A DNA stretch of 64,000 nucleotides. Origin: Cytophagales bacterium. Lineage in GTDB: Bacteria; Bacteroidota; Bacteroidia; Cytophagales; MED-G16. Each line of letters opens with the position of its first letter. Position 1 is the first letter of the stretch. The stretch covers positions 72,151-136,150 of the forward strand of contig JBJLAJ010000001.1 in assembly GCA_045568775.1 (NCBI GenBank). The letters run 5' to 3'. The position numbers and the translations under genes are program-made. The notes under the pieces were generated by a model that ran no database searches, had not been told where the DNA came from, and was given only the letters and a program-made list of their open reading frames with translations. Of the stretch, positions 17,330 to 27,024 are shown in pieces.

Positions 17330-19738
17330 ATGAGGATTCTTTTGTGTTTTTTGTTAAGCTTTTCTGGTTTCTCACAAGACCCTATAAGAATTATTATCAA
17401 AAATACTGATGGGAACTTTATTCCTGGAGCAAACATTTTCATTGATTCTACAAATGAAATTTTTTATACTGATACTAGGGGTAATTTTATAATTAAAGGA
17501 AAATCGAAAAAGTTTAAAATATCTGTCACTCATGTTGGCTATATAAAAAAAGATGTTTTAATAATCCCAAACGAAAATAAATATTACGAGATAGTACTTG
17601 AAGGTGGCATATTATTAAGTGATGAAATTAAAGTTACCTCAACTAGGGTGAAAGAAAATAGCCCGTTTGCATTCACAAACATTTCCAGAAAATTTATTGA
17701 AGAAAACAATACAGCGCAAGACTTTCCCTTTATTATTCAGAAAACACCTTCGGCTTATTCGACATCTGATGCTGGAAATGGGGTTGGATACACAGGGATT
17801 AGAATAAGGGGAAGTGATGCCACTAGAATAAATGTTACTATAAATGGGATTCCTTATAATGACTCAGAGTCTCATGGTGTCTTCTGGGTAAACATGCCTG
17901 ACCTTGCTTCATCTTCTAGCAGTATACAAGTTCAAAGAGGTGTAGGATCGTCAACAAATGGAGGTGGAGCTTTTGGAGGAACAGTTAGCATTAAGACAGG
18001 AAATTTATCAGAAAAATTTAGAGTAAACTATTCATCTTCAGCAGGATCTTTCAAGACATTTAAAAATTCGATAGAAATTAATTCAGGACTTATAAACAAT
18101 AAGCTGAACTTTAACCTAAGGCTCTCAAAAATTACATCGGATGGTTATATAGATAGAGCATCTTCAGACTTAAAATCTTACTACGCTTCAGCAAGCTATT
18201 ATTTAAAAAACACATCGATTGATTTTATAAATTTTTCAGGGAAAGAAAAAATCTATCAATCCTGGTGGGGAACACCCGAATCAAGATTGTTAAATGATAT
18301 AGAAGGAATGAACCAGGTAATTAGTAATAATGGATATACTGATTTCCAAACTCAAAACTTATTAGACGCAGGCAGAACCTTTAATTATTATACTTATGAT
18401 AATGAGACAGATAATTACCAACAAGATCACTATCAGGCACATATTAATCATGATTTTTCAAGAAAAACAAATCTTCATCTTGCACTCCATTATACTTTTG
18501 GAAGAGGTTATTACGAACAATATAGAGAAGGGGATAACTTAAAAAACTATTATGAGGATGAGGAAGATAAGACGATAGACCTAGTTAGAAGAAGGTGGTT
18601 AAAAAATCATTTCTATGGAATTACATATTCTTTTCTAAAAGAATTTGGTAATAGTTTTTTAAATATAGGAGGTGCTATAAATGAGTATGATGGAGATCAT
18701 TTTGGGGAAATTGTTTCATCAGGTTCAGTCAATGTCTTTTTTACAGACCCCTATTATTTTTCTGGATCAATTAAAAAAGATGGTAATGTTTTTGCAAAAT
18801 ATAATGTAAATATTTCTAATAGAACAGAGCTATTTACTGAATTACAAATAAGAGGTTACTCGCATAAAAGTAATGGAACAGACAATGATAATTCAGAAAT
18901 CAATGTTGATTCTAAAAACTGGTTTTTTAATCCAAAAATTGGAATTACAAACAAAGCAAACGAAAAGATAGACTTGTACGCTTCATTATCAATTGCAAAT
19001 AGAGAGCCAATAAGAAGTGATTTTATTGATTCCAAAACAATACCACAACATGAGACATTATATGACTTAGAGTTAGGAAAAAACTTTAATTACAAAAGGG
19101 GGCAACTAAATACAAATTTTTTCTGGATGGAATATGATAATCAACTTATAACTACAGGAGAAATTAATGACGTAGGAGCTAACATAAGGGAAAACGTAAA
19201 AAAGAGCAGAAGATATGGAATAGAGTTATCAAATGTAATAATCACACAGATGATAAATATTAATTCATCCTTAACATTATCAAAAAACTATGTGTTTAAT
19301 TTCAATGAATATATATATGATTATGGAAGTGATTTTAGTGAGTTTAATACTATAATTAATAAATATAAAAAAACTGATATTTCTTTTTCTCCTAATATTA
19401 TATTTAATAACTCAATAAACTGGAGGTTTACAAAACAATTTAGTTTAACATTTAATTCTAAATACGTGGGTAAACAATTTTTGGATAATACCTCCAATTC
19501 TCAAAGATCAATAGACTCATTCTTAGTAAACGATTTAGAGCTCAGCACAAATTTTAATAAAAATATTTTTAAAAATTTATACTTAAAGTTTTCAATAAAT
19601 AATATTTTTAATGAAATGTATTCTAGCAACGGGTATACCTTTGGTTATTATGGTGGTCTAAAATATGAGGTGAGAGAAAATTATTATTATCCACAAGCTG
19701 GAAGAAATTATATGTTTACAATTAATATTAAATTCTAA
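17330..19738 (+). CDS. TonB-dependent receptor, probably for thiamine or a precursor
   Basis: Signal peptide, plug motifs (IRIRGSDATRINVTINGIPYND, IQVQRGVGSSTNG), C-terminal YYPQAGRNY..INIKF; preceded by a TPP riboswitch. Confidence 0.9.
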   Translation: MRILLCFLLSFSGFSQDPIRIIIKNTDGNFIPGANIFIDSTNEIFYTDTRGNFIIKGKSKKFKISVTHVGYIKKDVLIIPNENKYYEIVLEGGILLSDEIKVTSTRVKENSPFAFTNISRKFIEENNTAQDFPFIIQKTPSAYSTSDAGNGVGYTGIRIRGSDATRINVTINGIPYNDSESHGVFWVNMPDLASSSSSIQVQRGVGSSTNGGGAFGGTVSIKTGNLSEKFRVNYSSSAGSFKTFKNSIEINSGLINNKLNFNLRLSKITSDGYIDRASSDLKSYYASASYYLKNTSIDFINFSGKEKIYQSWWGTPESRLLNDIEGMNQVISNNGYTDFQTQNLLDAGRTFNYYTYDNETDNYQQDHYQAHINHDFSRKTNLHLALHYTFGRGYYEQYREGDNLKNYYEDEEDKTIDLVRRRWLKNHFYGITYSFLKEFGNSFLNIGGAINEYDGDHFGEIVSSGSVNVFFTDPYYFSGSIKKDGNVFAKYNVNISNRTELFTELQIRGYSHKSNGTDNDNSEINVDSKNWFFNPKIGITNKANEKIDLYASLSIANREPIRSDFIDSKTIPQHETLYDLELGKNFNYKRGQLNTNFFWMEYDNQLITTGEINDVGANIRENVKKSRRYGIELSNVIITQMININSSLTLSKNYVFNFNEYIYDYGSDFSEFNTIINKYKKTDISFSPNIIFNNSINWRFTKQFSLTFNSKYVGKQFLDNTSNSQRSIDSFLVNDLELSTNFNKNIFKNLYLKFSINNIFNEMYSSNGYTFGYYGGLKYEVRENYYYPQAGRNYMFTINIKF

Positions 19739-19739
19739 C

Positions 19740-20009
19740 ATGAAAGTAACATTAGAGATAAGTTTGTATCCTTTACTACAAAAAAACAAAGAGAAAGACT
19801 ATAAAAAAATTGTTAAAATGTTTTTGGGAGATATTTCTAAAAAGAAAGGTCTTGTTGTTGAAACAAATGGATTAAGTTCTATAATTTATGGTGACTATAG
19901 TGATATTATGTCATTACTTAATACAGAGGTTAAAGAATATATGACAAAATATAGATCTATTTTTGTTTTTAAATTAGGTAAGGGGATCTTAAACTACACT
20001 AACAAATAA
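19740..20009 (+). CDS. Thiamine-binding protein (YkoF / Thiamine_BP-like)
   Basis: MKVTLEISLYPL...VETNGLSSIIYGDYSDIM pattern; begins 1 nt after the receptor stop codon. Confidence 0.7.
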   Translation: MKVTLEISLYPLLQKNKEKDYKKIVKMFLGDISKKKGLVVETNGLSSIIYGDYSDIMSLLNTEVKEYMTKYRSIFVFKLGKGILNYTNK

Positions 20010-20825
20010 AAACCTTTTCTTTCCGTAAATATCATTAATAAATTTATAATCGTATCCTGAAAAAAGCACCCCTAATTCGTTTACATATTTATCATTAATC
20101 TCGAAGTACATATTCCCTTTTCTATTTAAATAATTCTTACAGAACATTAATATCTTTCTATAAAAGTATAAAGGGTCTTTATCTACAAAAAGAGCCTCAT
20201 AAGGTTCGTGACGTAAAACATTTTCATCGACCCTTTTTTTATCATTAATAGAAATGTAAGGAGGATTACTTACTATAATATCAAAATTTATTTCTGGATT
20301 ATATTCTTCAATACCTAAGTGAATAAACCTCACCTGGTTTTCAATCAATTTATTATTTTTATTAGCAATTTTAATAGCAGCCTTAGAAGAATCAATTCCA
20401 AAAACATTAGCTTCTAAGTGCTTAAACAATGATATGGCTATACAACCAGAACCAGTGCCTATGTCTAAAACATTTTTTTTCTTATCACCTTTTTCTAACC
20501 TTATAACATGGCTCACTAATTCCTCTGTTTCTGGTCGTGGTATTAAAACACTTTCATCAACATAAAAATTCTGATCGTAAAAAAACTGAGACTTTGCTAT
20601 ATATTGAATTGGTATTCCATTGTTTATTTTTTCAATGTCTTTATTAAATGCAATATTGATTTTTTTGTTCCAATTTATTGTTTTATTAAGTAATAGGTCT
20701 GAATTAGATAAATTAAATTTTTGGTATAGATATTTTAGAGAAATGTTTTTTATATCATTACCAGAATAATAATTTACTTTGCTAAGTAATTCATTATAAA
20801 TTGAATTTGAGTCTATAACAGGCAT
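19989..20825 (-). CDS. prmC: Release factor glutamine methyltransferase
   Basis: VLIPRPETEEL, LDIGTGSGCIA, VSNPPY. Start placed at the ATG at 20825. Confidence 0.93.
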   Translation of the reverse strand: MPVIDSNSIYNELLSKVNYYSGNDIKNISLKYLYQKFNLSNSDLLLNKTINWNKKINIAFNKDIEKINNGIPIQYIAKSQFFYDQNFYVDESVLIPRPETEELVSHVIRLEKGDKKKNVLDIGTGSGCIAISLFKHLEANVFGIDSSKAAIKIANKNNKLIENQVRFIHLGIEEYNPEINFDIIVSNPPYISINDKKRVDENVLRHEPYEALFVDKDPLYFYRKILMFCKNYLNRKGNMYFEINDKYVNELGVLFSGYDYKFINDIYGKKRFLFVSVV

Positions 20826-20835
20826 AAATATAAAT

Positions 20836-21858
20836 ATGGAAAATAAACACAACAAATTCATTAGAAGATCCTTTTATCTTGCAGAAAAGGGATTAGGGTA
20901 TGTGTTTCCAAATCCTATGGTTGGCTGTGTGATTGTTAAAGAAAACAAGATTATTGGTGAAGGTTACCATAAAAAATTTGGAGGTAATCATGCAGAAATA
21001 AACGCTATAAATAAAGTTCAGAATAAAAAAGATATTAAAGGGGCATCTGTTTATGTAAGCCTAGAACCTTGTAGCCATTTTGGGAAAACACCTCCTTGCT
21101 CAGATAAGTTAATTGAATATAAACCAAAAGAAGTAATAATTTCAAATATTGATCCAAACCCAAATGTTAATGGTAATGGAATAAAAAAATTAAAAAAAAA
21201 TAATATAAAAGTTATCTCAGGGATACTAGCAGAAGAAGGAAAAAAACTAAATAAAAGGTTTTATATAAATCATGAAAAAAAAAGGCCTTATGTAGTTCTA
21301 AAATGGGCACAAACATCTGATGGGTTTATTGCTAAAGAAGATGGTAGTTCTAAATGGATATCTAATAAATCATCTAGAACATTAGTGCATAAATGGAGGT
21401 CTGAAGAAACAGGAATTTTAATCGGAGTGAACACTGCAAATAATGATAATCCTCGTTTAAACGTAAGGCTATGGGAGGGAAAAGATCCCGTGAGAATTGT
21501 TATTGATCCAAACAACAAATTAATAGATAGTAATCAGATATTAACAGATAAGTCCATTTCTTTAATTTATAATAAGACACAGAATAAAGTAAGTGGAAAC
21601 AAATACTTTGTAAAAATAAATCCATTTACAATAGATGAAATATATCAAGATTTATATAAGAGAGGAATTAATAGTTTGCTAGTTGAGGGCGGTGGATTTA
21701 CTTTAAATGAAATTATAAAAAAAGATCTTTGGGATGAGGCAAGAGTTTTTCAATCAGCAATTAAATTTAATAAGGGAATAAAAGGGCCTAATATAGAAAA
21801 AAACACCTATGAAAAAGTAGGTGACGATAAACTTTTTAAAATTAATAACCATGCATGA
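20836..21858 (+). CDS. ribD: Riboflavin biosynthesis deaminase / reductase
   Basis: PNPMVGCVIV, HAE, LEPCSHFGKTPPC, KWAQTSDG, LLVEGG. Confidence 0.96.
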   Translation: MENKHNKFIRRSFYLAEKGLGYVFPNPMVGCVIVKENKIIGEGYHKKFGGNHAEINAINKVQNKKDIKGASVYVSLEPCSHFGKTPPCSDKLIEYKPKEVIISNIDPNPNVNGNGIKKLKKNNIKVISGILAEEGKKLNKRFYINHEKKRPYVVLKWAQTSDGFIAKEDGSSKWISNKSSRTLVHKWRSEETGILIGVNTANNDNPRLNVRLWEGKDPVRIVIDPNNKLIDSNQILTDKSISLIYNKTQNKVSGNKYFVKINPFTIDEIYQDLYKRGINSLLVEGGGFTLNEIIKKDLWDEARVFQSAIKFNKGIKGPNIEKNTYEKVGDDKLFKINNHA

Positions 21859-22333
21859 TTTTAATACTCCTAGAGAAAGTGATTTAGAAAAAAAATACAT
21901 TAATCTTGAATGTCAAATAAAGTCGTTGATTATTGGTGAGCAAAATTCTACAGCTATACTAGCTAATGTTGCGGCAGCAATATCTCAAACATTTAATTGG
22001 CTTTGGGTCGGGTTTTATCTGATTGAAGATAGTGAACTCGTTCTCGGTCCATTCCAAGGCCCAGTAGCGTGTTTTAGAATTAAAAAAGGTGAAGGTGTTT
22101 GTGGAACATCTTGGAAAGAGGGAAAAACGATTATCGTTAAAGACGTGGAAAAATTTCCAGGACATATAGCCTGCAGTTCTTTCTCAAAATCTGAAATTGT
22201 AGTTCCAATTTTCAATAAAAAAAAGATTTATGGGGTTTTAGATATTGATAGTGATAAGCTAAATTCTTTCAGTGAAATAGATAAAAAATACTTAGAAAAA
22301 ATAGTATCTGTTATTGAAAATAATTTAATGTAA
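21851..22333 (+). CDS. msrC: GAF-domain free methionine-R-sulfoxide reductase
   Basis: WVGFY, LGPFQGPVAC, GVCG, FPGHIACS, SEIVVP, VLDIDS. Confidence 0.85.
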   Translation: MHDFNTPRESDLEKKYINLECQIKSLIIGEQNSTAILANVAAAISQTFNWLWVGFYLIEDSELVLGPFQGPVACFRIKKGEGVCGTSWKEGKTIIVKDVEKFPGHIACSSFSKSEIVVPIFNKKKIYGVLDIDSDKLNSFSEIDKKYLEKIVSVIENNLM

Positions 22334-22984
22334 TTTCCCTAAAACAGTTACTCCCGCAGTTGTTTTTTGCTTTAGTCTAATCTCTGGTTTGAAGTCTAAT
22401 GGTAAAAATATATCTGCCCTTGAGCCAAACTTAATAAATCCTAATTGATTTGATTGATTAACTGTTTTTCCCACAACAGAATAATTTATAATCCTTCTAG
22501 CAACTAACCCAGCAATTTGTCTGACTAAAACTGATATTTTATTGTTAGCTATAACTGTAGTTGTTCTCTCATTTTTTGTGCTAGACTTTGGGTGCCAAGC
22601 AACAAGGTATTTTCCCTTATGATATTTGTAATATTTCACCTCACCACCAATAGGATTTCTATTAATATGTACATCAAAGGGGGACATGAAAATTGAAATT
22701 AATAATTTTTTTTCTTTATAATATTCGTCCTCAAAGACTTCACCAATATGAACCACTTCACCGTTTGCTGGTGACACAATAAGCTTTTCATCAACAGTTT
22801 TTATTATTTTAGGACTTCTAAAAAATTGAAGAAAGAATAGAAAAACCAGAAATGAAATGATGAATAAAAAAAAGATTGCGAATGAAGGAAAACTATATAA
22901 ATAAAACAAAGAAACATTCACACTCAGGAGAAACGCGAATAGTTTTATTAAAAAACCCCAACCCTCCTTATGAATTTTTATCAT
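22325..22984 (-). CDS. psd: Phosphatidylserine decarboxylase proenzyme
   Basis: VSPANG, ISIFMSPFDVHINR, NERTT, QIAG, GFIKFGSR self-cleavage site. Confidence 0.93.
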   Translation of the reverse strand: MIKIHKEGWGFLIKLFAFLLSVNVSLFYLYSFPSFAIFFLFIISFLVFLFFLQFFRSPKIIKTVDEKLIVSPANGEVVHIGEVFEDEYYKEKKLLISIFMSPFDVHINRNPIGGEVKYYKYHKGKYLVAWHPKSSTKNERTTTVIANNKISVLVRQIAGLVARRIINYSVVGKTVNQSNQLGFIKFGSRADIFLPLDFKPEIRLKQKTTAGVTVLGKLH

Positions 22985-24272
22985 TTTTTTGAAAAGTAAA
23001 AGAGCCGTCTCTGTACTTATATGTTCTTGCAACCTTGTCTATAGCTGCAATATATGCCGCTGTTCTTAAAGAGATTTTATATTTTTTTGATATTGAAAAC
23101 ACATTATTAAAAGCTTGTTTCATTATTGAGTCACTTCTCCTGTACACTCTGTTTTTAGTCCACTTGAACCCAAGCCTATTCTGGACCCATTCAAAATAAG
23201 AAACAATGACACCGCCAGCATTAGCTAAAATATCAGGAACGGCAACAATTCCTTTCTTTTCTAAAATTGAATCTGCCTCGTGAGACGTTGGGCCATTAGC
23301 CCCTTCTACTATTAATCTTGCCTTAATTTGGTTTGCGTTTTTTTCAGTAATAGCATTTTCTAAAGCTGCCGGGATCAAGACATCAACATCTAAAGATAGC
23401 AGCTCCTCATTTGAAATTTTCTTACCCCCATCAAATTTTTCAAGAGAACCCTTGTGTTCATTCCGATATGTAATAGCGTTACCAACATCTATACCTTTCT
23501 CATTATAATATCCTCCAGAAATATCTGATATGGCTACTATCTTACAGCCCCTCTCTTTTAAGAGGTTAGCTGCCCATGATCCAACATTTCCAAAACCCTG
23601 AACGGCAACTGTAGCATTAAAAGGATTGATTTTTATTTTTGTTAGAGCGGACAGTGTTGCAACCATTACACCTCTACCTGTTGCCTCAATTCTTCCTACT
23701 GAGCCCCCTAAAATAATAGGCTTTCCAGTAACTACAGCATTAACAGTCGTGCCTCTAGCCCTAGAATATTCATCCATTAACCAAGCCATTTGGTCAGGAC
23801 CTGTTCCAACATCAGGAGCGGGTATGTCCTTGTCAGGACCAAATACGTCATGCATCGCTTGAGTGTAAGCCCTAGTAAGTCTTTCCAATTCTGATTTGCT
23901 CATACTCCTTGGGTCACAGCACACACCTCCCTTTGCTCCACCATAAGGAATATCAACAACAGCACACTTCCATGTCATCCAAGCAGCTAACGCGGTTACT
24001 TCATTTAAATTGACACCTGGGTCAAACCTTAAACCTCCTTTGGAAGGTCCCAAAATATTAGAGTGAATAACCCTATAGCCCTCAAACACTTTGACTGAGC
24101 CGTCATCCATAGAAATAGGAAGAGAAACTATGATTTTTTTATTAGAGGACTTTAAGACGCTATAAACTTCTTCGTCAAGATTTAAATATTCAGCTGCAAT
24201 ATGAAACCTCTTCATCATTGATTCAAGAGGATCTTTATCATGCATGATAGGAGCTGGCTCTTTATAACTCAT
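22968..24272 (-). CDS. gdhA: Glu/Leu/Phe/Val dehydrogenase (glutamate dehydrogenase)
   Basis: GPSKGGLRF, MTWKCA, GGAKGG, DIPAPD, GFGNVG, EGANGP, ANAGGVIVSYFEW. Confidence 0.92.
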   Translation of the reverse strand: MSYKEPAPIMHDKDPLESMMKRFHIAAEYLNLDEEVYSVLKSSNKKIIVSLPISMDDGSVKVFEGYRVIHSNILGPSKGGLRFDPGVNLNEVTALAAWMTWKCAVVDIPYGGAKGGVCCDPRSMSKSELERLTRAYTQAMHDVFGPDKDIPAPDVGTGPDQMAWLMDEYSRARGTTVNAVVTGKPIILGGSVGRIEATGRGVMVATLSALTKIKINPFNATVAVQGFGNVGSWAANLLKERGCKIVAISDISGGYYNEKGIDVGNAITYRNEHKGSLEKFDGGKKISNEELLSLDVDVLIPAALENAITEKNANQIKARLIVEGANGPTSHEADSILEKKGIVAVPDILANAGGVIVSYFEWVQNRLGFKWTKNRVYRRSDSIMKQAFNNVFSISKKYKISLRTAAYIAAIDKVARTYKYRDGSFTFQKNDKNS

Positions 24273-24309
24273 ATCTTGGTTTGGGTTTTATTATGTAAAT
24301 GTACAATTT

Positions 24310-25134
24310 TTAAGTTAGCTGATTTATAATTTTAAGGTAAAAATAAACATAAGGTATTACAAAAAAGAAACTATCAAACCTATCTAAAAACCCACCATGC
24401 CCAGGAAGCTTATTGCCACTATCTTTCATGTTAAAGTTTCTTTTTAATAAAGATTCAAATAAATCACCGAAAACTCCAGAAATTAAGACAATAAGAGAGA
24501 GACCTAACCAAAACAGGAATGTTTTTATCAGTAAATATTTCCATATATAATAAGACAAAATAATATTAGCTAATAGCCCAAACAAAACCCCCTCCCATGT
24601 TTTCATTGGGGAAACCGATTCAAAAAGCTTTTTTCTGCCAAAAAGTGTCCCCCCTAAATAGGCGGCAGACTCACTAGTCCATAAAAACAGAAGGGTGGCA
24701 ATTAAAAAAACAGAATTGTATTCAGAACCAGTAAAGACAATAAAGTTTAATAGAGAAATAGATAGTGATATGTATAATATTCCAAAAAATGTAACCGAAA
24801 CATTTGATATTGTTTCCTTATTGTTTGAACTGTAAAGTGCAGAAAGACAAACTAACGGCAGAATAGGAATTAATACAAAATGAATCCCAATGAGGCTCTC
24901 TCTGCTCGCATATAAAAAAGATGAGATGAAGATAATGACAGATAAAAAGATTCCTAAGTTATAGTTGGGATTAAATCCGTTTTCAGATAAAATCTTATAA
25001 TATTCCCTAGAAGAAAGAAAAATGATTATTACAAAAACGATAAGGTAAGACCACTCATTTAAAGTAGAAAATAGCAGAAGTGATCCCCCAACCATTCCTG
25101 TCAAAACCCTGTTTTTTAAATTCTTTTTATTCAT
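24310..25134 (-). CDS. cdsA: Phosphatidate cytidylyltransferase
   Basis: SPMKTWEG, GDLFESLLKRNFNMKDSGNKLPGHGGFLDRFDS. Confidence 0.94.
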   Translation of the reverse strand: MNKKNLKNRVLTGMVGGSLLLFSTLNEWSYLIVFVIIIFLSSREYYKILSENGFNPNYNLGIFLSVIIFISSFLYASRESLIGIHFVLIPILPLVCLSALYSSNNKETISNVSVTFFGILYISLSISLLNFIVFTGSEYNSVFLIATLLFLWTSESAAYLGGTLFGRKKLFESVSPMKTWEGVLFGLLANIILSYYIWKYLLIKTFLFWLGLSLIVLISGVFGDLFESLLKRNFNMKDSGNKLPGHGGFLDRFDSFFFVIPYVYFYLKIINQLT

Positions 25135-25135
25135 G

Positions 25136-25978
25136 TTAACTTTTTAATGTTCTTTTAAGCATAATGACCAAATAACAAAACACCATAAAAGCACCTATTA
25201 TAAAAACTAAAGGTATGTGTGGGGATGAATTTACTGATAGGTCAATATTCTCACCAAATAATCCTTTACCTGCAAGGTAAAATAATGTTATACCAAAAAA
25301 ATTATTTAGGCTGTGGGCAATTATAGAATATGTTAAACTTCCAGACCAATAATAAAAATATCCAAATAACATTCCCAAAAATAATCTAGGGAAAAAACCG
25401 TAAAATTGAAGGTGGAAAGCGCTAAATATAAAAGCACTTATAATAATTGCAATATGATGATTTTTTATAAGTAAACTAAGGTTTTTTTGTAATACTCCCC
25501 TAAAAAAGTACTCTTCACAAAAACCAGGAATGATAGCTATAGTCAAGACACCTATCAGATACTCCCAGTTATTCTCAAAAGAAACTAAATGCATAGTAAC
25601 AGCTTCAAGTTGTTTTTCTTTAGCCTGTGCCCAAACCTCAAAGGAAGATAAAAACTCAGGAAAATTAAGTGCTTTATTCCACTCTATTATAGGAGAATTT
25701 ATAATAATAAAAAAAATAGTTGTAGCCATAACTAGAGCTAGGGGATAAAGACTAAAGTTTTTAACTCCTAAATTATAATTTGTGTTGTTTCTTATCACAA
25801 AATATGGAACAAGGAATAATAATAAAAAAACAGCATTTGAAATCATTAATATCTTTCTGTCAATTCCTTCGTAAGACATGTCTGTAGGTGTTTCTAAGAC
25901 ATTAGATACTATGCTCATAAGGAATAAAGGAGAAACGGATAAAATAATAAATATTAATTCTCTTACGTGTTTGCTCAT
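25136..25978 (-). CDS. CPBP / Abi family intramembrane metalloprotease
   Basis: CEEYFFRG, FSAFH, IIAHSLNN; multi-TM. Confidence 0.88.
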   Translation of the reverse strand: MSKHVRELIFIILSVSPLFLMSIVSNVLETPTDMSYEGIDRKILMISNAVFLLLFLVPYFVIRNNTNYNLGVKNFSLYPLALVMATTIFFIIINSPIIEWNKALNFPEFLSSFEVWAQAKEKQLEAVTMHLVSFENNWEYLIGVLTIAIIPGFCEEYFFRGVLQKNLSLLIKNHHIAIIISAFIFSAFHLQFYGFFPRLFLGMLFGYFYYWSGSLTYSIIAHSLNNFFGITLFYLAGKGLFGENIDLSVNSSPHIPLVFIIGAFMVFCYLVIMLKRTLKS

Positions 25979-26025
25979 TTATTTTTTTCTTTGTGAAATA
26001 TTTTAAGGTTAAAATACTTCTTTTT

Positions 26026-27024
26026 ATGAAGATAGGCAATATTGAATTAGGCGATTTTCCTTTACTCCTGGCACCAATGGAAGACGTAAGTGATCCCCCA
26101 TTTAGATCAGTTTGTAAAGTAAATGGTGCGGACCTGATGTATACAGAGTTTATATCCTCTGAAGGGCTGATAAGAGATGCTGAAAAAAGTGTACAAAAAC
26201 TTGACATATATGATTCCGAGAGACCAATAGGAATTCAAATATTTGGAGACAACATAGAGTCAATGAAAAAGGCTGCTTCAATTTCTGAAGAGGCAAAACC
26301 CGAAATTCTTGATATAAACTATGGTTGTCCAGTGAAAAAAGTTGCTTGTAGGGGAGCAGGAGCTGGAATACTTTTAGATCTTGATAAAATGCAAAAAATG
26401 ACAGCTGAGATTGTAAAACAAGTAAACATTCCCGTTACAGTGAAAACAAGGCTAGGATGGGATGAAAACTCCATTAAGATTGTAGAGGTTGCTCAAAGAC
26501 TACAAGACGTTGGAATTCAAGCCCTAACAATTCACGGAAGGACAAGAAAGCAAATGTATAAGGGAACTGCAAATTGGGATTATATATCTGAAGTTAAAAA
26601 CAATCCCAATATCACAATCCCTATTTTTGGAAATGGAGATATAAACTCTCCAGAAAAAGCTAAAGAATATAAACAAAAATATGGCGTTGACGGAATAATG
26701 ATAGGAAGGGCAGCTATAGGAAATCCGTGGATTTTTAATCAAATAAAATATTACCTGAAAAACGGGAAACCATTAAAGAAACCAAATATTAATGAAAGAG
26801 TTAATGTTGTAAAGAAACACCTTGATTTTTCTATTAAGTGGAAAGGCGAAAAACTAGGACTTATAGAGATGAGAAGACACTATACTAATTACTTTAGAGC
26901 AATTGAAAATTTTAAAGAATATAGAATGAAACTAATACTCAGTGAGTCATTAGATTATTCTTTAGAGGTCTTAAATGAAATTTCAACTAAGTTCAATTTG
27001 ATAGAGGAGAAGTCGGTTGCATGA
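26026..27024 (+). CDS. dusB: tRNA-dihydrouridine synthase
   Basis: LAPMEDVSD, DINYGCP, TVKTRLGW, IHGRT, GNGDI, MIGRAAIGNPW. Confidence 0.93.
   Translation: MKIGNIELGDFPLLLAPMEDVSDPPFRSVCKVNGADLMYTEFISSEGLIRDAEKSVQKLDIYDSERPIGIQIFGDNIESMKKAASISEEAKPEILDINYGCPVKKVACRGAGAGILLDLDKMQKMTAEIVKQVNIPVTVKTRLGWDENSIKIVEVAQRLQDVGIQALTIHGRTRKQMYKGTANWDYISEVKNNPNITIPIFGNGDINSPEKAKEYKQKYGVDGIMIGRAAIGNPWIFNQIKYYLKNGKPLKKPNINERVNVVKKHLDFSIKWKGEKLGLIEMRRHYTNYFRAIENFKEYRMKLILSESLDYSLEVLNEISTKFNLIEEKSVA

Noticed and set aside
22968-22984. gdh C-terminal extension overlapping psd by 17 nt
   Set aside because: Most simply stop-codon drift in a compact operon; no sign of function.
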